NCBI GenBank assembly: GCA_002269645.1
Contig: NIVC01005204.1
Span: forward strand, 1-21,573
Source: Macrostomum lignano
Lineage: Eukaryota
Reading direction: 5' to 3'
Length of the DNA stretch: 21,573 bases
This document shows positions 1 to 8,590 of this stretch, one piece after another. Each line of letters begins with the position of its first letter. Position 1 is the stretch's first letter. The notes below the pieces were generated by a model. It had not been told where the DNA came from. It saw nothing but the letters and a program-made list of their open reading frames with translations, and did not search any database. The position numbers and the translations under genes are program-made.

Positions 1-2090
1 ATTAGGGGATGCTTGCTATCTGGGTGGATGCTTGCTAGGAGTATTAGGGATGCTTGCTATCTGGGTGGATGCTTGCTAGGAGTATTAGGGGATGCTTGCT
101 ATCTGGGTGGATGCTTGCTAGGAGTATTAGGGGATGCTTGCTATCTGGGTGGATGCTTTGCTAGGAGTATTAGGGATGCTTGCTATCTGGGTGGATGCTT
201 GCTAGGAGTATTAGGGGATGCTTGCTATCTGGGTGGATGCTTGCTAGGAGTATTAGGGGATGCTTGCTATCTGGGTGGATGCTTGCTAGGAGTATTAGGG
301 GATGCTTGCTATCTGGGTGGATGCTTGCTAGGAGTATTAGGGGATGCTTGCCTATCTGGGTGGATGCTTGCTAGGAGTATTAGGGGATGCTTGCTATCTG
401 GGTGGATGCTTGCTAGGAGTATTAGGGGATGCTTGCTATCTGGGTGGATGCTTGCTAGGAGTATTAGGGGATGCTTGCTATCTGGGTGGATGCTTGCTAG
501 GAGTATTAGGGGATGCTTGCTATCTGGGTGGATGCTTGCTAGGAGTATTAGGGGATGCTTGCTATCTGGGTGGATGCTTGCTAGGAGTATTAGGGGATGC
601 TTGCTATCTGGGTGGATGCTTGCTAGGAGTATTAGGGGATGCTTGCTATCTGGTGGATGCTTGCTAGGAGTATTTAGGGGATGCTTGCTATCTGGGTGGA
701 TGCTTGCTAGGAGTATTAGGGATGCTTGCTATCTGGGTGGATGCTTGCTAGGAGTATTAGGGGATGCTTGCTATCTGGTGGATGCTTGCTAGGAGTATTA
801 GGGGATGCTTGCTATCTGGGTGGATGCTTGCTAGGAGTATTAGGGGATGCTTGCTATCTGGGTGGATGCTTGCTAGGAGTATTAGGGGATGCTTGCTATC
901 TGGGTGGATGCTTGCTAGGAGTATTAGGGGATGCTTGCTATCTGGGTGGATGCTTGCTAGGAGTATTAGGGGATGCTTGCTATCTGGGTGGATGCTTGCT
1001 AGGAGTATTAGGGGATGCTTGCTATCTGGGTGGATGCTTGCTAGGAGTATTAGGGATGCTTGCTATCTGGGTGGATGCTTGCTAGGAGTATTAGGGGATG
1101 CTTGCTATCTGGGTGGATGCTTGCTAGGAGTATTAGGGGATGCTTGCTATCTGGGTGGATGCTTGCTAGGAGTATTAGGGGATGCTTGCTATCTGGGTGG
1201 ATGCTTGCTAGGAGTATTAGGGGATGCTTGCTATCTGGGTGGATGCTTGCTAGGAGTATTAGGGGATGCTTGCTATCTGGGTGGATGCTTGCTAGGAGTA
1301 TTAGGGGATGCTTGCTATCTGGGTGGATGCTTGCTAGGAGTATTAGGGGATGCTTGCTATCTGGGTGGATGCTTGCTAGGAGTATTAGGGGATGCTTGCT
1401 ATCTGGGTGGATGCTTGCTAGGAGTATTAGGGGATGCTTGCTATCTGGGTGGATGCTTGCTAGGAGTATTAGGGGATGCTTGCTATCTGGGTGGATGCTT
1501 GCTAGGAGTATTAGGGGATGCTTGCTATCTGGGTGGATGCTTGCTAGGAGTATTAGGGGATGCTTGCTATCTGGGTGGATGCTTGCTAGGAGTATTAGGG
1601 GATGCTTGCTATCTGGGTGGATGCTTGCTAGGAGTATTAGGGGATGCTTGCTATCTGGGTGGATGCTTGCTAGGAGTATTAGGGGATGCTTGCTATCTGG
1701 GTGGATGCTTGCTAGGAGTATTAGGGGATGCTTGCTATCTGGGTGGATGCTTGCTAGGAGTATTAGGGGATGCTTGCTATCTGGGTGGATGCTTGCTAGG
1801 AGTATTAGGGGATGCTTGCTATCTGGGTGGATGCTTGCTAGGAGTATTAGGGATGCTTGCTATCTGGGTGGATGCTTGCTAGGAGTATTAGGGGATGCTT
1901 GCTATCTGGGTGGATGCTTGCTAGGAGTATTAGGGGATGCTTGCTATCTGGGTGGATGCTTGCTAGGAGTATTAGGGGAGGCTTGCTATCTGGGTGGATG
2001 CTTGCTAGGAGTATTAGGGGATGCTTGCTATCTGGGTGGATGCTTGCTAGGAGTATTAGGGGTGCTTGCTACTGGGGGATGCTTGCTATC
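1..2090. repeat. 42-bp tandem satellite, ~50 copies, runs off the left edge
   Basis: Unit ATTAGGGGATGCTTGCTATCTGGGTGGATGCTTGCTAGGAGT repeated almost perfectly; the 14-aa periodicity of the overlapping ORFs agrees with 42 bp. Confidence 0.97.
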
Positions 2091-2528
2091 TTGGGAAATA
2101 TTTTCTATTTAGGGGTAGTGACTGTGATCTTTGTGAAAGCTATATTTTCTCGTCTGTTTATTAATTTTACCAATCTTGTTGGCGAAGCCTTCTGCAAAAA
2201 CATCTTAGTTCTTATCCTTTTGACTATAGCTTTGAACTGTTCTGTCTTTATTCGATAATTCGTTGGAAATTAATAAAGACAATATTGTTCAGTTTAATAG
2301 ACTTTTTTTAGCTGTAGTTGCTTTTCCAGTCGTTGCAGAGCGTACTGCTTGCACCGCAACAGAAGTAGTACGCTATTGCTCTGAAAGAAGGCAAGTAGGT
2401 TGAATTGTCAGTTTTAAAATTCTAAACAAGCATGTTTTATTGGTACATAAGCCCCAGAATTAAAATGAGAATTCGATTCCTAGCCCCCTCCCTAAGAATT
2501 CTTTTCATTTTAAAGGATTCGTCCCTTG

Positions 2529-2631
2529 CTTATTGGCCACCCGAAGGGGGGCACTAGATTGCTAGTCCTAATACTAAAACTGGTGCGTTGTTTGTGTGTC
2601 TGTTCGATAACTCCTCTTATCTCTCTCTCTC

Positions 2632-2688
<57 letters not shown>

Positions 2689-2757
2689 ATCCTAATACTA
2701 AAACTGGTGCGTTGTTTGTGTGTCTGTTCGATAACTCCTATTATCTCTCTCTCTCTC

Positions 2758-2816
<59 letters not shown>

Positions 2817-2885
2817 ATCCTAATACTAAAACTGGTGCGTTGTTTGTGTGTCTGTTCGATAACTCCTCTTATCTCTCTCTCTCTC

Positions 2886-2944
<59 letters not shown>

Positions 2945-3300
2945 ATCCTAATACTAAAACTGGTGCGTTGTTTGTGTGTCTGTTCGATAACTCCTATTAT
3001 CTCTCTCTCTCTTCTCTCTTTCTCTCTCTCTCTCTCTCTTCTATCCTAATACTCTCTCTCTCTCTTCTATCTCCTAATGCTAAAACTGGTGCGTTGTTTG
3101 TGTGTATGTATGTTGTAAGTGAACTCCTAAAATACTGCCAAGTCAGCGTCGAAACTTATATGGGAAAAATTGCAAATTTTCCGGATCAGTCTTTAGGCTA
3201 TTTTAATTTTTAATTTTCACATTTTAATATCCCTAAAAAAGCAGAAAACTGCTTTTTAAACCCTCAATAACCTTCGTTGGCCACTCTGCCTGGGGCTGCA
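2529..3300 (+). mobile_element. Possible Helentron-associated (HINE/DINE-1-like) non-autonomous element with internal tandem amplification
   Basis: 5' TTGGCCACCCGAAGG (2533-2547, with a CCC-GAA-GGG mini-hairpin) has an imperfect inverted partner CCTTCGTTGGCCA (3271-3283). A TGTTTGTGTGTCTGTTCGATAACTCC block plus microsatellite follows. This layout resembles HINEs; the family call is by recollection and unverified. Confidence 0.35.
2567..3105. repeat. ~124-128 bp compound tandem repeat (unique block + (CT)n), 4 full units plus a partial
   Basis: CCTAATACTAAAACTGGTGCGTTGTTTGTGTGTCTGTTCGATAACTCCT starts at 2567, 2691, 2819 and 2947; a variant copy starts near 3073. Confidence 0.93.
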
Positions 3301-3319
3301 GCTGATAGCGTAGTCTGGC

Positions 3320-3829
3320 GGCCATTATTTCAGTGTGCCGGAAGCGGTCATTATTTCACACTTTTTTATCACGCTTTAATTGGCTGTTTTGAGAGAATTA
3401 TTTTACCCATAGACGACTGAGATACGTCTTAGTTTGACCATAGACAACACTGTGATGCGTGCTGATTTCGTTTGCGTCTTGCAAGAAATCAGGAAAGCGG
3501 GTAGTACGAGTGAAAGAAAGCTATTTGTCTTGTCAAACAACAACTATGGCTAGTGCATATCGTGAAACAGCACCGCTTATTAATTGGAAAAAATCTTCTT
3601 GTCGACGACTGAACGAACCGTGCGACCTATGCTTCAGTGGAGATGACACAGGAGATGCGGGTAAGTATAATATGTCAACATTGTAAGTAAATTAGTGGCT
3701 ATACTAATGAACATATAGAAACTGTGAATTTTTTACATTGTCCATTAATCTGCGGGTTGGATGGATTCGGAACGCGCAGTTCGCTTCTTCGAGAACTGCC
3801 ACTTCAAGGATTGCACGTTTCAGTTATAA
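3320..3829 (+). pseudogene. Crypton deletion derivative 1 (chimeric, non-coding remnant)
   Basis: ~3345-3625 is a direct repeat of ~4505-4778. It is followed by a phase-1 GTAAGT donor at 3661, a degenerate acceptor (CGG, 3753-3755) and an exon reading WMDSERAVRFFENCHFKDCTFQL* (stop 3827-3829), matching the C-terminal motif of the full-length YR. Confidence 0.7.
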
Positions 3830-4024
3830 TGAGCAACTTCTGATGAACAGTCTATGACTACCGTGTTGTTTTTGTGCTTAATGTGCGCGTTTTCCACTGT
3901 TTAGCAATTTGACGATCATTCGCGCTGGCGCGCTAATAACATTAACACTCGAAAATAGTGCAGAAGAATATATCATTATTCGCATTTTTATGCAGAACAA
4001 TACATGACTGCAAACAATGGTAGA

Positions 4025-4124
4025 TTGTATAGTATGCAACTGAGTTGAATAATGGCCAAAACTCGAGTGCGCGTAGCGCACGAGTGTCTATGGCCATTAT
4101 TCAACTCAGTTGCATACTATACAA
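4025..4124. repeat. Palindrome A: perfect 34-bp arms, 32-nt structured spacer
   Basis: TTGTATAGTATGCAACTGAGTTGAATAATGGCCA (4025-4058) is the exact reverse complement of 4091-4124; the spacer contains GTGCGC-GTA-GCGCAC. Confidence 0.95.
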
Positions 4125-4169
4125 GTGCATTGTATTTATACTTTCACTCAGCGCTCAGTCATTGTCCAG

Positions 4170-4294
4170 AAGACACAGCCTGGCGTAATGACAAACTCAA
4201 CTGGCCATTATTTCAGCTTTAACAGACGTTTGAACCATAGACGATTAGTTAAAGTATTCATATATTAACTGGCATAAGGGAATAATGTTCACAG
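4170..4294. repeat. ~125-bp inverted repeat, left arm (partner 8591-8713)
   Basis: ACAGCCTGGCGTAATGACAAACTCAACTGGCCATTATTTCAGCTTTA... matches the reverse complement of 8591-8713 with scattered mismatches. Confidence 0.9.
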
Positions 4295-4438
4295 TAATGA
4301 TAATCATAACAATAGTAATATTAGTGAGAAGAAAAATGATAGTCAAAACTATTTAGCCACAAAACTATTTAGCAGAAAACGCGCTACGCGCACTCGTGTT
4401 TGGCCATTATTTCAGCCCCTTACCTACTACGCAATCTA

Positions 4439-4526
4439 CCATTATTCCACACTTTTGCGGCCATTATTCCACACTTTTGCGGCCATTATTCCACACTTTT
4501 GTCGCTGTCATTATTCCATACTTTTT
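4439..4526 (+). repeat. 22-bp tandem boxes CCATTATTCCACACTTTTGCGG (candidate recombinase-binding sites)
   Basis: Copies at 4439, 4461 and 4483 and a variant at 4508. The same box occurs three times at 6211-6275 and inverted once at each right end (~5343-5362, ~8429-8448). Binding function is inferred. Confidence 0.75.
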
Positions 4527-5413
4527 ATCATGCTTCAATTGGCTGTTTTAAGAGTTGTTTTACCCATAGACGACTGAGTTATGTGGCTTAGTTTGACCAT
4601 AGACAACACTGTGATGAGTGCTGATTTTGCTTGCGTCTTGCAAGAAATCAGGAAAGCGAGTAGTGGGAGAAAAAGCTATTTGTCTTGTCAAACAACTATG
4701 GCTATAGTGCATCTCGTCAAACAGCCGCGCTTATTAATTGAAAAAATCTTCCTGTCGACGACTGAACGAACCGTGCGGCGCTACCTAGGAAGAAAACGCG
4801 ACCATGCAGTCTTCAACGCCTCGACGGCTATAAACGATGCCTGAAAGCGGCCAATCGATTCAGTCGAGCAGCCGCCAGTCCCAAAGAATCCCAGCTTGGA
4901 TACTGCGGTACCAAAGAGGCTCATCAGACGAAGCTCATCAGTCGCATGCCAACTTAACCAAGACGTGCATCTTTCAAATGGTAAGTTCGGCAACTATACT
5001 TGAGCACCTGTATTTCTCTTTCATAGAAAACATTCAAAATAGACCAACTCCTTTTGCAGTGCCAAATCATCAGGCTAAAGTGTCGAGCATCTTTGGGAAC
5101 TGCGGCTTTGAGAACTGCATGTTTCACTTTGGGTGACAAATTGATTTTTACATTGTCAAATTTCGACTACAAACTGATGAACTGCACTAGCTGTGACATT
5201 TATTATTAACCCTTTTCGTGTAGCTGGTACTTTAGTTTTAATGATTTTTCCTTTTTGTTCATTTACTTCTTGTTGTTCTGTATTTATTAACAAAAATACT
5301 GTGCGATGGATTTTTTCAATCCAAATGTCTATGGTACACATCAAAACTGTGGAATAATGGCCTAAATATTTTTTTCATTGCGTCTGGGTAAAAGTATAAT
5401 TACAATGTATGAT

Positions 5414-5511
5414 TATCAAGAGGTTAAGCTTCACATACAACTGCCATAGCGTCGAGGCCGGTAGGCCGAGACGCGGTAAGGCAGTTGTGTGTGAAGCGTG
5501 ACCTCTTGATA
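5414..5511. repeat. 98-bp hairpin element
   Basis: TATCAAGAGGT/ACCTCTTGATA and GCTTCACATACAACTGCC/GGCAGTTGTGTGTGAAGC arms; core GCGTC-GA-GGCC-GGTA-GGCC-GA-GACGC (5449-5474). Confidence 0.9.
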
Positions 5512-5516
5512 GTGGA

Positions 5517-5690
5517 ATTGTGTCTAGTTTCGTCCAAAAACCAATTCAAAACGGCTAGGACACAACTTCCCAGACGGGAATTGTTCACTAAGCGATTCTA
5601 GGGATTTGTGTCATAGGCATTTTCCACTTGGCGCAAGCCAGATGATGGCCATAGTGGCCCATTTGTGGCCCAAACGAAACTAGACACAAT
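5517..5690. mobile_element. MITE-like element with 17-bp perfect TIRs
   Basis: ATTGTGTCTAGTTTCGT (5517-5533) / ACGAAACTAGACACAAT (5674-5690); superfamily not assignable. Confidence 0.7.
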
Positions 5691-5884
5691 GGGCCGTATG
5701 CAGAAAGCTCTGTCTAGGGTAGTCCGGTCTTGAAAAGCCAGCCTGGACTTGGATTTGGTATGCAGAAACACAAAGTTAGACCGGTCTACTATAGACAGAA
5801 CAAGGGTAGCTAGACCATAGACTATAGACTGAACTACCCAAGTCTGGACTAGCTAGTCTGGACTAAGCTTTCTGCATACGGCCC
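5691..5884. mobile_element. MITE with GGGCCGTATGCAGAAAGCT TIRs and AT flanks (PIF/Harbinger-ISL2EU-like)
   Basis: Perfect 19-bp TIRs 5691-5709 / 5866-5884, with AT on both sides (5689-5690, 5885-5886). GG termini with an AT duplication fit ISL2EU-type elements (inference). Confidence 0.65.
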
Positions 5885-5984
5885 ATTGCATTGTTTAGCA
5901 ATTTGACGATCATTATTCGCATTTTTTATGCAGAACAATACATTACTACAAACAATGCATTGTTTTTAGGATCCTCAAACAGAA

Positions 5985-6065
5985 AAACAATGCAAAGAAT
6001 CAGCGGTCCCAGTGCGTGACAACGATTTGTCTATGGCTCGCGCCTACCGGCGCTCGCCAAACAAT
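5985..6065. repeat. Left half and core of split palindrome C (right arm at 8492-8534)
   Basis: AATCAGCGGTCCCAGTGCGTGACAACGATT matches the reverse complement of AATCGTTGCCACGCACTGGGACCGCTGATT (8489-8518) with one mismatch; hairpin core at 6035-6058. Confidence 0.85.
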
Positions 6066-6071
6066 GGTAAA

Positions 6072-6176
6072 TTGTATAGTATGCAACTGCACTGAGTTGA
6101 ATAATGGCCAAAACACGAGTGCGCGTAGCGCACGAGTGTCTATGGCCATTATTCAACGAAGTTGCATACTACACAA
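6072..6176. repeat. Palindrome B, second copy of palindrome A
   Basis: Same arms with small indels; core ACAC-GA-GTGCGC-GTA-GCGCAC-GA-GTGT. Confidence 0.92.
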
Positions 6177-6412
6177 GTGCATTGTATTTATACTTTCACT
6201 CAGCGCGCAGTCATTATTCCACACTTTTGCGGCCATTATTCCACACTTTTGTCGCGGTCATTATTCCACACTTTTCTCTTGACCATAGACTAAACGTTGC
6301 TCGCTATGTTGTCTTCAGAGGTTACCTGGACCATAGACAGAAAACTTGCAATATTGATGTCCATTTCTTATCACTCTTGACATATTAAGGGACGCTTTTT
6401 TGTAGCTTCAAA

Positions 6413-7945
6413 ATGCCTGCATTTATCAATTGGAAAAATATTCCGGTCGACTCGCTCAATGGTGTCAAGATGGACGAGCTGCAACTTTTGTCGGATACAA
6501 GCATGCATGGAGAACATCACGATGACCAGGCCCTGAGTGATTTCATTAAGTGGCTTGAGAACGATCATGGCACTGAAGAACTGCCCGAACTTCCGGAGGT
6601 GGCGGGCGACGACATGGACCTGAGTTCGAGAATGGATGGTGTAGAAATTCAGTCACTGCCAAAGTCAACGGTGGACCAGATGAATCGGCATGGGCAGGCT
6701 TTCGTGAAGTTTCTCTCTGAGACAACCAAGGAGTCGCCTGTGACGATGGAAGTGTGGAAGCTGAATGAGTACTTGCGCTATTATTATTTCGGTCTGCAGA
6801 GGACGAACGGTGAAAAGTATTCGCCGTCAAGTCTTGTGTGCATTAGAGCTGGGATACACCGGTACTTTAACCTAATTCTGAAGCGCTCTATCAACTTCAT
6901 TGACGGAGAAGAGTTTGCGAGCTCCAATCGCATGCTAAGAGTGAAGGTGAGGGAATTCCACAATGCTGGAGGCGTTACCAAGCAATTTGAAGCTATCGAG
7001 GACGCTGATCTAACAAAGTTGCGAGCATATTTCGACGGAAGTACCGCTGAGAAGTTGCAGGATGAGGTATTGTTCACCATTTTTTACGTTTTTGGAGAGC
7101 GTGGGCAAGAGCACCTGCCGGCATTGAAGGCAGCAAGCAGTCTGTTGACAAAGGTGGATGCTGATGGCAGACCCTATATGTCGCTTCCAATACTGCCTAC
7201 GAAGAATCAAATTTCCGATCCTACGCGTTGTAAGGACGACCGCCCGAAGCAAGCTAGGCTGTATGGGAAGCAGCGGGACCTGGTCAATAAAAACATTTCG
7301 CTGCTCCCATCGGATCGCAAGGACGACTGCTTGTTCTCAAGAGCACTACCGAATGACAAGATAACGGGTTGTTTGCGTTTTTTATCTCAGCAGGTACGAG
7401 GCATCAATTGGTTCACCTCATTGATGAAACGGCTTAGCAAGCAATGCAATCTATCTCGAGAGTATACAAATCATTGTATACGGGTGACGCGAATCGCGGA
7501 CTTGCACGAGACTGGCCATGGAATGAATGATATCATGTGCATCACCGGTCAGAAGAGCGAAAAAACGGTGCGCCGATATCTATCAAGGAAGCGCGACCGC
7601 GCAGTTTTTGAAGCGTCGACGGCTGTAAGCACGGCCTTAGATCGTCCTATCGAGGTGCCCAAGCAATCGAACGGCGTAAACATGCCATGCATTGAGACAG
7701 GTGTCGACGGTATCTCACCTGTCGAAGTCAAGCCGGCTAATGAAGTGCAAGTTTCAAGTGGTAAGTTTGAGTAACTAAATGAATGTCTATTTATCAGAAA
7801 ATGTTTGTTGGTGAATAAATGTTCCTTTGGTGTAAAAACAGTTTCGCTTTAAATTATTGCAGTGATGAACGCCCAGGCACAAGTGTCCCGTATTTTCGAA
7901 AATTGCCGCTTTGAAAACTGTACATTTAATTTTGGGGGTAAGTAA
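6413..7945 (+). CDS. Crypton tyrosine recombinase (DUF3504-like), join(6413..7760,7863..7945), ~476 aa
   Basis: GEKYSPSSLVCIRAGIHRY core-binding motif; R230 (FGERGQEH), K264 (PTKNQ), H354-x-x-R357 (NHCIR), Q380 (TGQKS) and Y389 (VRRY). A phase-1 GTAAGT...TTGCAG intron (7761-7862) adds VMNAQAQVSRIFENCRFENCTFNFGGK*. The unspliced ORF gives 453 aa. Confidence 0.9.
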
Positions 7946-8053
7946 TAGGCGTCTTTGACATCTGCAGTAACGTTGATAGACAGTGACATTTAATTGCTCC
8001 TGTTCTGGTTTTGTGTTCACGTTTATTTAATGCATGGATGAATGCAGCTTTTA

Positions 8054-8276
8054 CACCTTTTCACGTTCAATTTTGAACAAACTCCAGTTCTAAAAAAACT
8101 AGCGGAAATTCAATTCAGACGATTCAGACTGGGGACAATTTTGTCTATGGCTAAAACTTGCTTCGGTTGCATAATGTTTTGAACGGGGTTTGTTGCCCAA
8201 GTCTGAATTATCTGAATTGAATTTCCGCTAGTTTTTTTAGAACTGGACTTTGATCAAAATTGAACGTGAAAAGGTG
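8054..8276. mobile_element. Long-TIR MITE (~85-bp arms) with TA flanks, downstream of the YR stop
   Basis: CACCTTTTCACGTTCAATTTTGA...CTAGCGGAAATTCAATTCAGA is mirrored at ~8190-8276; TA at 8052-8053 and 8277-8278 suggests Tc1/mariner (inference). Confidence 0.7.
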
Positions 8277-8590
8277 TAGTACATGTTTTTCTTGTTTGAC
8301 ACAGTTTTGGCCATAGACTACTAGCCGTGAGGCCCTGATATCTTTTCATTTATACGAGTTCTCGTATTTGCATCCGTTGCTTATTGGTTAAAATATACTG
8401 ATTGACTCTTTTGTCTATGGAAAGTTCCAAAAGTGTGGAATAATGGCCTAAATTAAACTTCATTGCGTCTGAAGGAAAGTATATGTACAATCGTTGCCAC
8501 GCACTGGGACCGCTGATTATTTATCCATTGTTTGTTAGCTAAAATGTCTGGACTATCCTTTTTTCAGTGTATTCCAGAATTCCATGTAGA

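Larger units (their letters stand above)
4014..5406 (+). mobile_element. Crypton deletion derivative 2 (non-autonomous), ACAAT-bounded
   Basis: ACAAT at 4014-4018 and 5402-5406; imperfect TIRs 4129-4160 / 5376-5406; ends homologous to the full-length copy. The interior fuses YR N-terminal codons to TERTVRRYLGRKRDHAVFNASTA, keeps intron 4981-5059 and ends with exon VPNHQAKVSSIFGNCGFENCMFHFG* (5060-5136). Confidence 0.8.
6061..8491 (+). mobile_element. Full-length Crypton-type tyrosine recombinase DNA transposon
   Basis: ACAAT direct repeats (6061-6065, 8487-8491); imperfect TIRs 6181-6213 / 8461-8491; subterminal inverted GTCTATGG...GAATAATG(G/A)CC modules (6256-6290 / 8413-8448); YR gene inside; no RT or DDE ORF. 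Confidence 0.82.

Noticed and set aside
13-2258. ORFs of up to 372 aa in the 42-bp satellite
   Set aside because: Stop-free frames of a tandem repeat that switch at single-G indels; no protein signal.
2567-3105. CRISPR-like look (constant block plus variable spacer)
   Set aside because: The spacers are all (CT)n, the context is eukaryotic and there are no cas genes.
4439-4526. 22-bp direct repeats as a CRISPR array or plasmid iterons
   Set aside because: No unique spacers; explained as Crypton subterminal boxes.
4837-5136. 99-aa ORF as an independent gene
   Set aside because: It reads through the remnant intron; only the last 25 codons match the YR tail.
6413-7774. Bacterial or phage integrase contamination, or DIRS retroelement
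   Set aside because: Spliceosomal intron, Crypton-type motifs, eukaryotic flanks, and no RT/RNase H or gag.
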